DNA from: Paraspadella gotoi
Taxonomy: Eukaryota; Animalia; Chaetognatha
DNA: 63,998 nt
Assembly (NCBI GenBank): GCA_051294375.1
Contig: CM119266.1
Coordinates: 5,503,210-5,567,207 of the forward strand
Reading direction: 5' to 3'
The position numbers and the translations under genes are program-made. Positions 13,055-27,965 of this stretch are shown here, in pieces. Positions within the stretch are counted from its first letter, which is position 1; the number at the start of each line of letters is the position of its first letter. The notes beneath the pieces are model-generated. The model had not been told where the DNA came from. It saw only the letters and a list, made by a program, of their open reading frames with translations, and searched no databases.

Positions 13055-13216
13055 TTACAACTGACGATAATCGTGTTAGAACTGACGAGATTCGAGTAAG
13101 AACTGACGAGATTCGAGTTAGAACTGACGATAATCATGTTAGAACTGACGAGATTCGAGTTAGAACTGACGAGATTCGAGTTAGAAGTAGCGAGAGAAAA
13201 GTTAGAAATGACGAGA
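13055..13216. repeat. 21-bp tandem repeat TTAGAACTGACGAGATTCGAG, about 7-8 copies
   Basis: Head-to-tail units with no spacers. Confidence 0.9.
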
Positions 13217-14325
13217 CTACATTTCGATTTTTTCACCTTTGATTCCGTCACACGTTCGAGTTGATTGAAAACCGATGATTGTGAGATTATGACATTATTT
13301 ATTTTTTCCACTTTTTTTAGAAATAGACATATTTTTAAAACGATATGGAGACAATTCTGCCTCACTACCTCTATTTGTATATTGTTCTGTCTGTCTATCT
13401 GTCTGTCTCTTTCTCTCTCCTCTTCTCTTTTTCAATCCCCTATAATCACTGAATGTGATCGCCTCACACATCGGCCCACATTACCAATTCTCTCTCTCNN
13501 NNNNNNNNNNNNNNNNNNNNNNNNNNNNNNNNNNNNNNNNNNNNNNNNNNNNNNNNNNNNNNNNNNNNNNNNNNNNNNNNNNNNNNNNNNNNNNNNNNNN
13601 NNNNNNNNNNNNNNNNNNNNNNNNNNNNNNNNNNNNNNNNNNNNNNNNNNNNNNNNNNNNNNNNNNNNNNNNNNNNNNNNNNNNNNNNNNNNNNNNNNNN
13701 NNNNNNNTTTTTTTTTCGATTCTTCGATTTGTTTAGAATTTTCCAAAAAATCAACCTCTGATTTTTACGATCTCGTCTTTCGTCTTGGGTGGCGGGGAGA
13801 AAGGAGACGAGAAATGGTGAGATGAGAAGTTGAGAGTTTGAGAAGATAAGGTGAGATCGAATGCGAAGTTGACCGGAAGATGAGCGGTTGAGAAGTTGAA
13901 TGGATGAGGAGTGGAGCAAAGGTTCAGCTGAGAACAAGTTGAATCAATAAGAAGTTGAATGAATGAGAATTAAAGCGGATGAAAATATTAAAAGATGAAA
14001 AGTTGAGCGGAAAAAAGGTTGAGTGAGTCAAAAGTTAAAATTAGTTTTTAAAAACCCAGTTACCTATCAGGTTAGAATTACGTTTTTTTTTGTTGTTGTT
14101 TTTTTTGACCGGTAGTGAATGAAACTTCTCAAATTCTTGATTTCAGCTCTCAAAGTCAAACTACTAAAATGTAGCGATTTGCTTTTGATGTGAAAAAATG
14201 AAGCGATCATCAATTGTTGAGAAAGTGAATTCACGTCGAGATTTCGATTTGGATGAGGTGAGAAGCAATACGCTTTTTTTAATTTTTTTTTTAAGTAAGT
14301 TGATGATAACTTGATAATTAATCGT

Positions 14326-14389
14326 GTAATTCGGTTGTGACATAGTAATTCGGTTGTGACATAGTAATTCGGTTGTGACATAGTAATTC
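14326..14389. repeat. 19-bp tandem repeat GTAATTCGGTTGTGACATA x3.4
   Basis: Perfect head-to-tail units. Confidence 0.9.
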
Positions 14390-14676
14390 TCTTTTGTCTA
14401 AATCACATTGAATATGACAGACGTGTTAGTCACAGAATATTCAAGGAATTTTTTTGTTATTGGATTATTAGGCAACGCTCTTAATTTATAATCGACTTTC
14501 GCGTTTATCTTTTCATGTATGAATCAAACGATTATTATACGAAAAAAAATACCAATTTATTATAGACACAAAGAAGGAAAAATCTTTTGGCGGCGAAAAA
14601 ATAAAAAATCAAAGGAACCGAAAGTTTTTAAAAAGACATTAGGAAGATCTGTTCACAACATGAAGGGGACAATAGA

Positions 14677-14793
<117 letters not shown>

Positions 14794-16245
14794 GAGTTCA
14801 TGGGGCGTGTATCGGTCATAGGAAGGCGTGGGTCGGTGTCGAAACTAATCTACATCTGATCCCGAAATGTTTCGTTCTCCGGTTGACCGGTTGCTAAGCG
14901 ACGGAGAAAAAAATAATTGATCTAAAATAAAGATTAATTAACGAAATAATGAGATTTTAATTTTGAGGATTTTAAATTCCAGAGTTGAGAAGGAAAGACA
15001 TTCCAAAATTAGTTAAGCCAACCCTCGCATTAAATTATTGCTACCACCACTATATTTACCAAATTTGATTACCCTAATTTACCATGATCCTATTTTTATT
15101 GCCAAGTAATAGTTTTATAGCCAATTCGATTTCCCAAAAAAAGAAAAAAAAATAATTTTCTAATTTTTCAATCGAATTCTTTGGGTCCAAATATCGGAGA
15201 TTAATTGTCGGTTTATATCATTCAATAAGTCGTTTGTGAATAGGCAAACGATTTTTTGCAGTAAGCTAATGAATTAAATGACCTTTTTTGCTCATAAAAA
15301 TAGTATTAACCTCTCAAAACGCAACAGTTGTATATAATGTTATTTAACATTATAAATTTATAACTGAATTACTAAATATTATATACTAATACTATTTACT
15401 ATTATACGGAGTTACATACTAAATATTGTTTAATTTATATATAATAATTACGGTAATCAAGCTTTTTGCTTTGAAACAACAAAAAGAGTTAAACAATTGT
15501 AATATCCTTGTGGCTGAGATTCCACAGCAGTGGAAATGGTTCTGGCTTTGGTACCTTAATTGGTAATCGATCGTCACGAGCGGACTGATATACTCAAAGA
15601 CCCAGCGGGTCAGTATCATTTTATAGACGTGGTTAACTATGCAATAACAAGATAACAAAATTGTTAATCTGTAAATTCAGTCCGTGAGACGATTCACCCC
15701 CGCGTCACAGAACAAAAAAAATCTTCGAGAATTTCGGTTGTAAAACTGTGACTAATAACCGACTCTCACCGAATCTCACCGACTTCCAAGAGTTTAAGGC
15801 CAAATATTACATAAAACATTAAATGACTCCCTCTTTGCTTAGCAAAGGATTTTCATTGCAAAGAGGATGAAATCAGATTCCTTTTTTTTTTATTCACGNN
15901 NNNNNNNNNNNNNNNNNNNNNNNNNNNNNNNNNNNNNNNNNNNNNNNNNNNNNNNNNNNNNNNNNNNNNNNNNNNNNNNNNNNNNNNNNNNNNNNNNNNN
16001 NNNNNNNNNNNNNNNNNNNNNNNNNNNNNNNNNNNNNNNNNNNNNNNNNNNNNNNNNNTTCCTTTGTTATCTTTTTTATTGATCCTTTGTTATGGAATAA
16101 TTTCTCTGGAGCTCTTCGCCCACTCGATCTTTAGTGTTTTTTTAATTCGAAGTTAATGTTGTATGAATATAAACATAAATAAATATACATTCAGTTTAGG
16201 GACAAGGCAGTTCACTTTATTTGCGTTAGAGAGTAAGAAAGAAAT

Positions 16246-16320
16246 GGTTCTATCTTGGGGTTCGAACCCAGTTGTTTGACAATTCGAAGACCGACGCTCT
16301 GAGCAATACGTCAACCGGAT
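16246..16320 (-). mobile_element. Degenerate tRNA-derived SINE head / tRNA pseudogene
   Basis: B-box GGTTCGAACCC (16258-16269) with an A-box-like TGACGTATTGCTCAGAGCG at tRNA-like spacing on the minus strand; no complete cloverleaf. Confidence 0.35.
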
Positions 16321-17531
16321 ATCAAAGCTCATTACGCAGTTAAACCTATATTTGTTATTCCGCCTCAAAGGGGATCCCCTTTCCGATCGGCGCCGTCCCA
16401 ACCAGCGGCGACTTTCTCGCTCTTAAAAAACTTGAAAGAAAAAAAAAACGTTATTAAAAAAAAAAATATCGTCTGTGTTTACGAATTGAATCGAAGCCGC
16501 GAGTCTGAGGACTTGAGAGCTGAAAATTGTAATAACAGGAATCAAGTTGAAAGTGAATTACGCCGCTNNNNNNNNNNNNNNNNNNNNNNNNNNNNNNNNN
16601 NNNNNNNNNNNNNNNNNNNNNNNNNNNNNNNNNNNNNNNNNNNNNNNNNNNNNNNNNNNNNNNNNNNNNNNNNNNNNNNNNNNNNNNNNNNNNNNNNNNN
16701 NNNNNNNNNNNNNNNNNNNNNNNNNNNNNNNNNNNNNNNNNNNNNNNNNNNNNNNNNNNNNNNNNNNNNNNNNNNNNNNNNNNNNNNNNNNNNNNNNNNN
16801 NNNNNNNNNNNNNNNNNNNNNNNNNNNNNNNNNNNNNNNNNNNNNNNNNNNNNNNNNNNNNNNNNNNNNNNTCTAACATTTCGCTTGATACTTGAGAAAT
16901 CTTATTCATTCATTCATTCCCTTTTTCATTCGTTCGTTCGTTCATTTGTTAGTTCGGTTTTTCGTTCGTTCGTACATTCGTTCGTTCATACGTTCGTTAG
17001 TTCGTTCATAGACAAACTATCCCTTTTTTAAGATAAAAATAAGTAGCAAAATTTTGTTAATCAATTCTCTAACAAAGTCAAGTTTTTTAAAACTACTATC
17101 AGCTATCATCTGTACCCCGTATCTTCTTCTAGGTACATCTGTTCCCTCTCATCTGTAACTTTTCATCCTCCCGCTGACCTTTTGTTTTTTTGTCTCCTTT
17201 TAATCCGTTATTTCCCTTTTTTCTCTTTAATTCCGATCGAATCGCAGAAAAAAAATAAGTTTCTATTACTTTTTTTTATTACTTTTTATTATTCGCTAAT
17301 CTTTTCCTGTTTTCTTTCTTATGAGACGAAAAAAAATAGAAAATCCAACATCAAAGGAAAAAAATTATTTTGTGTTTACGTCTAAATCTAAATTTGGAAG
17401 TTTGGTTGATAGAGTCGAAGTTTAGAGTCGATGATAACGTAAGGGATTGAGTTGATTGTGTTACGAGTTTCGACTCTAATGAAATAGAATTATCTTCAAT
17501 CAAGAGACGGCGGCCGCTGTGAGAGAGAGAG

Positions 17532-17626
<95 letters not shown>

Positions 17627-19314
17627 AACGCTATTAAATTATGATAATGAATAACAGGATTTTATTTCTCTCTCTCTCAGTCTCTCTCTCTCTCTCTCTC
17701 TCTCTCNNNNNNNNNNNNNNNNNNNNNNNNNNNNNNNNNNNNNNNNNNNNNNNNNNNNNNNNNNNNNNNNNNNNNNNNNNNNNNNNNNNNNNNNNNNNNN
17801 NNNNNNNNNNNNNNNNNNNNNNNNNNNNNNNNNNNNNNNNNNNNNNNNNNNNNNNNNNNNNNNNNNNNNNNNNNNNNCGTATCTCTCTCTCTCAAAGACG
17901 CCGACAGCTGTCACTTCCGCGTAGGTCGCGAGTTCGAATCTCGTTCGGAGACGAATTAGTAGTTTATTAAAACATTCGGTCGAGTTTGAAAGAAGTGATA
18001 GTAAGAGTGAGAGAGTTATCACAAGGAAGTGATCAACTCCAGTTACCCAAAGACCGAATTCAGTCACCGCGACGAAATATTTTCTTTTCCTTTCTCCTTT
18101 TATATCGAAATTAAATTTACCTCCCAGCGTCGAGGCAGCTGCCATTGGTCAGTTGCTGTTTGTCTACAACAACGTCATCATCACCATCATCATCATCATC
18201 ATCATCATNNNNNNNNNNNNNNNNNNNNNNNNNNNNNNNNNNNNNNNNNNNNNNNNNNNNNNNNNNNNNNNNNNNNNNNNNNNNNNNNNNNNNNNNNNNN
18301 NNNNNNNNNNNNNNNNNNNNNNNNNNNNNNNNNNNNNNNNNNNNNNNNNNNNNNNNNNNNNNNNNNNNNNNNNNTCATCATCATCATCATCATCCTCTTC
18401 GTTGCTGTTTATCGACTTCTTCATCATTGTCGTCGTCGTTGTCGTCATCATTGTCGTCGTCGTTGTCGTTACCTCCGTTTCTGTTTGTCTACATTCAGTC
18501 ATGCACCATGATCGTCTTTATCTTCGTCTTCGTCATCGTCGTCGTCGTTTTCGTCTTCATCGTCCCTATCGTCGTCGTCGTCATAAATCTTACCCTAGTT
18601 TTCCGAAAGCACCCTTTTTCTGTTCCAAATACCAAACTTAAGATAAGAGTAAAATATTTTTGTTAAAATTATGTAATTGCTAACCTTATTTTCTGGCTAA
18701 CCTTATTTTCAAACTTAGTCCCTAACCCGAAACCTTAACCTTATCTACTAACATTAAATACTCTAATCTTTTTAATATATATTCTTCAAACCTAATCCTA
18801 AAAATCATAAAAATTAATTTAATTCTGAAAACTGAAATGTGGCAGTTTTCTATCACAGGGCCTTCGTTTTCATTTGTGTGGTTGTCTTCATCGTCGTCTT
18901 CATCGTCGTCGTCGTCATCGTCGTCGTCATCTTCCCCCAGCCGTCGCTGTTTATCTCCCTTCGGGTCAGAAGGAATAAAATTCTCCCTCCAAAGACAATA
19001 ACAACTGAACAAATATTGTGAATTCGATGTAATGAAGATCGAAAGAACGAACTTCGTGAATGTAAACAAATGTGAATCGTGAGAGAGAATCGAGCGAAGA
19101 TGTGAAGATGTGAATGGAATCGAAGATTCACTGGCGCGAGTCAATCGAATCAGTGAACCGAAGATGGCGTGAATGGCGTGAATGGCGTAAATGGCGTGAA
19201 TTGAAAAACAGAAACTAGGGTTTTTATTGTATTCGTTTTAAACTTAATTTATATCATATGTTTTATAATTATAAAATTTACATATATTTTGTTTTGTAAC
19301 CCTTATTATTTACA

Positions 19315-19438
<124 letters not shown>

Positions 19439-20269
19439 AAGAAAGGGTTTGGTAAACGTATTAACCGGTGAGATCACGTAATTCATTCAGGAAGCTGCAG
19501 CCGCCTCCGCCGCCGCCGCCCCCGCCGCCGCCCAGCTGGAAATCGAGAATGACTCACAATTAATCGGTTTCGTATCGATTTGTATTTTTCCTGGGTTGTG
19601 ACGTTGCTTGCTCTTCTTGTTGTTACTATCGTCATTGTTTTCTTGGATAAATGTTTATATTTTTTGTTTTAGTTTTTTTTTCCTTTTTTTTTAAATTTTC
19701 GTCTTCAACTTTGATTTCAGTCGTTTCAATCTTTTTATGATAATATAGTTGATAATAATTTTAATGATTTTGTCGTACTTTTTTAGACGGTAATTTTGAT
19801 ATTTGTTGTGAAAGTTTACAATAACCACCACGACAACCACGACGACAAAGTTTAAAAGAACAACTTCAACAACAACAATAACGAGAACAACAACAATGAA
19901 AACAACGACAACAATAACAGCTTCATCGACATTAACAACGACGACCACAACGACACCAACATTGATAACAATAACAACTAGAACAACAACAAATACAACA
20001 ACGTTTGACTTCCCCGTCGAATGTTTGTCCCGTGGTTTTTTCGCCAGAGATAAACGACTCGAAGGAAAATCGATCGATTCTTGTTGACATTCGGATATGA
20101 ACATAGCGTGACGTTGTGTGACGTAGCGTGACGTAGCGTGACGTAGGGAGGAAACTGTTTGCTACGTCGGTCAATCTTTAGATTTTATAGATTGGTGACT
20201 TTTGCTCGGATTTAATTCGTCACTTAGTTAACGACGACGAAGACAACAACAACAACAACAACTCAATTA

Positions 20270-20834
20270 CGGCTCTCTTTTCCGAGAGTGCCCCATTTCC
20301 GCTCTCTTTTCCGGGAGTTTTCCCATTTTTGTTTGTTTTTCTTATAATTTAACTTTAACCTTAATATTAATTTAAATATATTCTTAAACCTATACATAGA
20401 TATGAAAGTAATAAAGGCAATGAATAATAAATATCAATCAATGAATAATATGTAAATAGAAATAAATTGTTTTATTTGTCAATAAAGAAATATTCATATG
20501 AATAAAAATTAAATAATACATTTTTACGAAAGTTTTTTCCCAATATAATCCCTAATGCCTAATCTCTAATCTTAAACCTAATCTTAAACCTTATCTTAAA
20601 TTTTAAATCTTAATCTTTAACCTTAAAAAATAGTTTTTAACCTAAATGTTTAACCAAAATCACAAAAAAAGTTCTTCACTTTAATTATTAACCTAATCAC
20701 TTGCCTATTTCTTTACGCTAACCTTTTACCTAATCTTTAACTAAAAAAAAATTAATTTAATTTCAAATTTTAAAACTAAAGTGGGGCGTTCTGGAAAAAT
20801 AAGGCTATTTTTTTGTGCCACGAAAAGAGAGAAG
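20270..20834. mobile_element. Degenerate MITE with imperfect TIRs and probable TA TSD
   Basis: TA|CGGCTCTCTTTTCC ... GAAAAGAGAGAAG|TA; subterminal AGAGTGCCCCATTT vs AAAGTGGGGCGTTCT; AT-rich interior with AACCTAA-like repeats. Confidence 0.5.
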
Positions 20835-20858
20835 TAATGAGATTCACGCGGTTGGGGG

Positions 20859-21720
20859 TGATGATGAATATGAATGATGATAATGATGATGATGGTGATT
20901 GATGATGATTATGAATAAGGATGAATGATGATGATTGATGATGATGATGTTGATAATGATGATGATGATAATGATGTTGATATGATGATGATGATGATAT
21001 GATGATAATGATGATTATGATATGATGATGATGATGAATGTTGATTAATGATGATGATGATGATGATGATGTTTGATTATGATGATGGTGATAATGATGA
21101 ATGTATGATGATTAGATAATGATGAGATGATGATGATGATGTGATAATGATTGATGATGATAATGAATGATGATGATGATGAAGTTGATAATGATGATGA
21201 TGATAATGAAGATGATGATGATGATGATGATGATTAGATGATGATGATGATGATGTTGAAATGATGAATGATGATAATGATGAATGATGAATGATGATTG
21301 ATTAATGATAATATGATAATGATTAATTTTGATGATGATAATATGATGATGAAAATGATGATTATGATAATGAATGATTTATGATGATGACGATGAAGAA
21401 ATGATATGGTGATGAATGATGATGAAAATGATGATGATAATGATGATTATGATAATGACGATGATGATATGAATTATGATGATGATAACGATGATGATGA
21501 TGTTATGGTGATGTGATGAATGATGATAAATGATTATGAGGGATAATGATGATGATGATGATGATGATTATGATGAATAATAATGATAGGGTTGATCATG
21601 ATAAGGATTTTGATAAATGGATGGATTGTTGATGATGATGATTGAGACGATGATGATACGGATGACGATGAACGCATGATATACGATGATAATTCTGATG
21701 ATGGTGACGATTATCATGTC
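20859..21720. repeat. Long degenerate (GAT)n array; re-copied at 38170-39180 and 59383-59915
   Basis: GAT/AAT/GTT triplet array; source of poly-M/D/I/H/S ORFs. Confidence 0.95.
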
Positions 21721-24047
21721 ACAATTGACAACGATCTCACGACTGAAATGACAATGAAATGACAACGAAAGTGACAGAATTTTCTCATATGACTCATCCA
21801 GAGACGAAGGCCTCAAATTCTTTAATCGTTTTTTTTTAAACTCACTTAAAATTTTGAATTTAAGTTAATTCCTTTATTTCCGATTCATTTAAGTTATTCA
21901 CTTTCTCCTTTCCCGCCTTTTAATTTCCCGCCTTTTATTTTCTCCTTTTCCTTTCCATATTTCGTCGCGTGAAGGGCGAGTCAATGAAGACGATTTGGCG
22001 GTCGTCTAATCTAATCTAGAACGGTGATTTCAGTGGGCGTTGCGCCCGAAGTGACTGCCTTAACGTGTATATTTCCGTGGACATAAACGAGACATGACAT
22101 GAAATGAATACATGACTACAATAACTTTCTTAGCCGCGTGTTATTTATGACATGCACTGCATCAAAAATTCCTCTTTTTATTCCTTATAGTTCTAGGATC
22201 CTAAAGGCCGGCGCTAGCAGTCCTTAGCTTTGGAGGCTTTTTTTCTGTCTTAACATAATGAGCAACGCAACTTAGGCAAATTATATGCATTTTTAATGTA
22301 AGTGAGTAACAGATAGACGGAAAGACATATGACGGACTCGACCGACCGACCGAAACGAAAAAGTGACTTATAGAGTTGCTCCGCTAGTAACTCGCGAAAG
22401 TAACAAAAAGTAAGCTTGAAAAGACGAAAGCGTTACAGAAAAAGGTTTTGCATTTAATTGGAATTTTTGAATTTCCAATAAGAAAAGAGATAAGAATGAA
22501 GAGGATAGAGCAGACATAGAGGAAGAGGAAGGAAAGAGGAATTCGTTTATATTTTAGCCATAGAAATAAAGAGCACTATTTTCCTAAAGCGTCTGGTTTA
22601 TGTTCTTATTATGATGCCCTATTTCTAAACCCCTTAAAAGTTATAACCCATTTTAAAACTAAAAAAAAACACTTAAAATATAAGCTTGAAATATGTCACT
22701 TTTTTGGAACAGAGCCGATAAAAAAGCATAGAAATAAAGACGAGACAGACATCGAATCTTAACTGCGACTCAACTGTTTTTCTTCCCATTTTTTTTTAAA
22801 ACTAGGAATTCGTAAACGAGATTCAAAATGTCAGATTTCGCTTCTTTGATTCCTTCGTATTTGTCAAATTCCGCAGGTGGGCGGAGTTTGTCAGATTTAA
22901 TGACACGTTGTAAGTCCAACCGTTTGTGTCCGGAGAAAATAGTTGATGTTTTGACGTTGGTCATCGTCGTCGTTATTCGTCTTTTTTGTCGTCGTCGTCG
23001 TCATTGTTTCATCGTCGTCCGTTGTTCATTGTTTTCGTCGTTTGTTTTCGTCGTCGTTACCCTCGTCGTCGTCTTCGTTGTTTTCGTCGTCGTTATCATG
23101 CCGCAGTTGTTCGTCGTCGTTATCGTCGTCGATGTCGTCGCCATTTTTCTTCGTCTTTATCGTCGTCGTCGTCTTCGTCGTCAACGTCTTCGTTGTTTTC
23201 GTCGTCGTAATCGTCATCGTGACAATCGCCCTCTCTCCCCTTAACCTTACCCTCTTTTTTCCAACTCAATGTCCCCAAAAACTCACCGTTTATTTCGTTG
23301 TACAGAATCGGGTTGGCCAATCGTCAACGGTTTTTGTCGTTAACTCGTCGGTCCCTATTATCGTCGTCGTCGTCGTCGTCGTCTTTACGTCACGATCTTG
23401 TTTTCGGTATCGTCGCTTAAGTTCGTCGTTGTTGTGTCGTTGCCCCAGCGGAGGCAGAATCGGTGACGCGGGTCCTTAAATTTTCTTGTTATTCTAAGTA
23501 AAAACAAAAGACACCGCGTATTCGATCGCTCTCATCCCCTCGTTCGCAGATGTCTCTCTCTCTCTCTCTCTCTCTCATCTCGCTCGGATCTCTCTCATCT
23601 CTCTTCGTCTCTCTCTCTCTTCCTCTCGCTCCTCTCTGCTCTCTCTGTTCAGTTACAAAAGAGAAGTTGTTGTGTTTTTACATTTTGGATTTTTCTTAAT
23701 TCGTGTTTGCGTTTGTTGTGTTAACCTCGGAAGCCGCGTCGACGAAACCCGTTTCTCATGTTGGAGGAAGAAAATTGCTGAAATAAAAAAAGAACAAAAA
23801 GAGAATAGAATTAAAGAAAAGAAAAGAAAAGAAAAGAAAAGAAAGAAAAAGAAAGAAAAGAAAAGGAAAAGAAAGAAAAGAAAAGAAAAGAAAGGTAGAA
23901 GAGAGAAAGAAAGAAAAGAAAGAAAGAAGAAAGAAAGAAGAAAGAAAGAAAGAAGAAAGATGGAAAGAAAGAGAAAAGAATAAAATTTTGGAGTCTCTCT
24001 TTTTTTCTTTTTGCTTCAGAAGATTTTAGGATTAAAGAAAAACATTT

Positions 24048-24160
24048 TGACAGATTAATCAAAAACCAGATTGGACTTATTTGTCAGGAGGGACTTTAAT
24101 CATTGTCGCTCGTAAATATAGCGTACGTCATGATTTGTAGCGCGTCGGTATTTATGATAA
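24048..24160. promoter_or_regulatory. Candidate Irx enhancer with a Hox/Pbx/Meis site cluster
   Basis: TGACAGATTAATCA (reverse complement TGATTAAT+CTGTCA), an additional TGTCAG, TCGTAAA and TTTATGA within about 110 bp of non-repetitive sequence. Confidence 0.3.
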
Positions 24161-25135
24161 CAGGAGATAACTTTAACAACATTTCATTTTCGGATGAAGC
24201 TACATGCGGTTATTTAATAGACGAATGAAAAAAAAGGCAAACTAACATTTTCTTTCATTCCTTTTCGTTACGAATTATTTGATTATTCATGATAACAGAT
24301 TTTCAAATTTTATTTCCGTTTCATTATCTTTCCTTTTTGTAATCCGCTGAAAGTGTATTTAAATTTATTTTATAGATATTAATGATTTGTATTTGAATAT
24401 TTTCAATGCCTTTTAATCTTCATTTTTATGTTTTTCATTTTTTTTATAAAAATCATTAAGTCATTTTTCACATTTTCTAAATTTTTTCATTTTTTTTCTT
24501 TTCTTTTCTCTATTTCTTTCATTTTTTCGGCCATTTTCAATTTTTCTCTATTTTTCGTATTACTTTTCCGTCAATTTATTGAAAATTTTTTAATTCTCGT
24601 CTTTTTTTCTTGTTTTCTGTGATTTTATCATTTGACCTTTTTTAGCTTTTTGTCTTCCCTTTTTTTCCATTTTAAATCAATCGTTTTTTTTTTTTTGGCA
24701 ATTTTCCTTTTTTTTTCTGCCATTTTCTCCTTTTTCTCTCTCTCCCCCCTTTCCGGTTCGCGTGTCCGCCTATCCGAGACTTGACGAAAGAGAGGAGAGA
24801 GACGAGGACCAATTGGACTGAGAGGATTCAAGGTTCTGGGTTGTTTAACTGAGACTCGAAAACTAAAGAAAAACAAATGAGACGAAAAAACTGAATGTTT
24901 CTTCTCTGTTTCTGGCAAAACAATTTTAGCTCGGATTTAGATCTGATCAATCGGAAAGGGGGGGGAGGTGGAAGGAGAAAAGAGGGAGGTGAGGGGGAAG
25001 GTGAGAAGGTGGAAGGTTAAGGGTGTTGTAAAGTAGGAAAAGTAGGGGGTGGTGGAAATTTCGGTAGATTTTAAGCAGAGTTGGAAGGGTGGAGAAATGA
25101 AACTTAAACGTTACTTTTTAGCACATTGTTACGCC

Positions 25136-25202
<67 letters not shown>

Positions 25203-25859
25203 AGAGTAAATTTTCCTCCAAAGATCAAAAAATGTTTTTTTTGCTTCCATTCGTGTCGTCGTTTTTCTCTGTTGTTGTTGTTGTTGTTTGTTGTGGTTTA
25301 TTGTTATTCTTTAATTTCCGTTGGTGTTTGTTTTAACTAGAAATGTTTGTTTTTAAAATTGGATCGAGTTCAAAATCTCATTCGTGTTTTTTTTTCAAAT
25401 CTATATTTTATAGTTAGTTTTTTTGTTATGTATTCGTAAATAATTTTGGCAGCAATGTTAAAATAAAAGGCAGGATAGTAGTAAAGTAAAAGGCTTAAAG
25501 ATTCAATTGATTGTTTTGTCTATTCATTTCCTTCATTAATTCATCCATTAATTCATTCATTCATTCAATATCATTTTTCAGTTATTTTTTTTCCATTCTT
25601 TTAATTTTTTTCATTTATAAAACTGCATTCTAATCTTCTATCATTTTCATCAATCATCATCAATCATCATCATCATCAATGATCATCATCATCATCATCA
25701 TCATCATCATCTCATCCTCATCTTCCAACGCTATGTCACGTTTCGTAGCTAAAAAACAAGATCGCGTTTAACACACTTTTAACGTACGCCGACTGCCTGA
25801 AGACGCAATGAAGCGCCTGGGGATGAGAGTTAGAGAGAGAAGAGAGAGAGAGAGAAGAA

Positions 25860-25902
<43 letters not shown>

Positions 25903-27103
25903 ATGAGAGAGAGAGAGAGAGAGCGCGGTTTTCTCGGTTATGTTTTTATATAGCCTCGACCGTCTTAATTATGTTTGGCCGCGATGACAAATGTCAACAC
26001 GATTTGCCAAAAGTCCCGCCGTTCTTTTGTCGAGAAGAATCAATTTCGATCTCGAAAAAAGAACAAAATAATATTTTTAATTCTTAGTTTTTTGAGAAGC
26101 TAATTAAGTTTTTTTTGGAAAAGATTGAAATGTGTTTTCATTCGGTCGGCCAGTGAAATAAAAATTGTTCATCGGTCGTAGTTTTTAGACGGAGAACTTA
26201 ATGAATTGTGCCTATATAACAAATATTTAACATTAATCAATTGATTCAATAAAATAAGCTAACTTGGTCTGTCCAGACTTTGGTCAGGCTATGATGAGTT
26301 TAATGATATTTAACTCTCTTAGCAAGATAAAATGCAAAAGCAGACCCTGCTAGCATTCATAATACTCATACTCATAGCATATAGTAAAAAAGTATCTGCA
26401 ATTTTTCATAAGACTAGTTTAATGGTTTTTTCACTCCCAGAGATTCCTGGCTTCCCCTTTTAAATATAAAGGTGTACAATTTTGAAAACGATAATCGAGT
26501 TTCGAATAAAAAATTTCGATAATAAGAAAAATACTTTACATACCTAAACATTTTAATTGGACTCACTTTGGTACACCAAGGCGAAAAGAAAAGGGTCGAT
26601 CATTGGCAACTTTCTGCATCTGAGAGTAAATGTCCTCAATGGTGGTTTCCAATCAATTTCTCTTAGCCAACTACAAATGTCTTATTTGACCTTTTGTCGT
26701 CGCCATTTTTGTTCCCTTTTCAGCATTTGCACAGTGAATCGCGGCTTTTTTGCGGTTTTAAAACCGCTCCTCCTGATTTCACTGTGCGCAGCTTTATAAG
26801 TTCCGTAATAAAAGGGCTAAAAGATAAAAAGAGAAACTAGTTACTTAGCGACGGGAAATGCTTCGTTAAAAACTGAAGGAATGATTTCAAACTTACAAAA
26901 ACGGTTTAAAAAAAAGGGAAAAAAATTAAAACTTACGAGAGAAAAAAAGAAAAAATTAATAAAATAAAAAAAAAGAATTAAAAAAACGGTAACGCCGTTC
27001 CCCCCCCCCACTTTAATTCTTGTCAGTCAATCGGACCCCGTCGCTTTCTCTATTAAGCGTGTAGTAGGAAACAGGCAGTGGCGAAGTAAGATGAGAGAGA
27101 GAG

Positions 27104-27170
<67 letters not shown>

Positions 27171-27223
27171 AGAGAGAGAGAGAGAGAGAGAGAGTAGAGA
27201 GAGAGAAGAGAGAGAGAGAGAGA

Positions 27224-27259
<36 letters not shown>

Positions 27260-27965
27260 AGAGACAGAGGACATAAATCAAAACCCTCCCCTGGACGTGA
27301 ACGGGCGTGGTCTGTCAGAGGAAGGACCTCCACTCTCGACTCGGCCCCTGGACGACAGCGTTGGGTCGTTCGGGCGCCGTCGCCCCTCAAGCGTTTTCCG
27401 TCACTTCCCCGTGACACTCCCCCGTACCTCCGTGTACCCTAACAGTGCCCCCGACGGACCGCCCCGCCCGCTTGCCTGCCCTTGAATACAAGGAGGGTCG
27501 GCGCGGGAGAAATAAAAGAAAAAACCGCAAACGAGTTTTTATGTATGAGTCAGAAATTATTTACAGCCTGAAAGATTCGAAAAGAGAAAATGGGAAGGAG
27601 TTTTAGGGTACCATAATGCGACGACGACGACGACGACGACGATGAAGAGACGAACGATGATGACGACGAAGACGACGATGAAGACGACGAAGACGACGAC
27701 GACCGTAACAACTACAAAGACGAAAAGGGCGGGAAAAAAACCGGTTCGTTTTAGGCGGGAGACAGCCGTACTAGGGGACTCGGGGGAATTTTGGCGTGAG
27801 TTAAAGGGATCGCGGGGATCCGTCTTGTTGTTTGTTGTTATCATTGACATGATTTTAAGGGAGAGAGTAAAAAAGATATCTAGAATCCATTGGATCCTAA
27901 CAGTTGGGGTGGTGAGACTTCGTAATGTGGAATTGTGATTNNNNNNNNNNNNNNNNNNNNNNNNN

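Noticed and set aside
13055-14389. Short regular repeats as a possible CRISPR-like array
   Set aside because: Head-to-tail 21-bp and 19-bp units with no unique spacers; eukaryotic context with no cas genes
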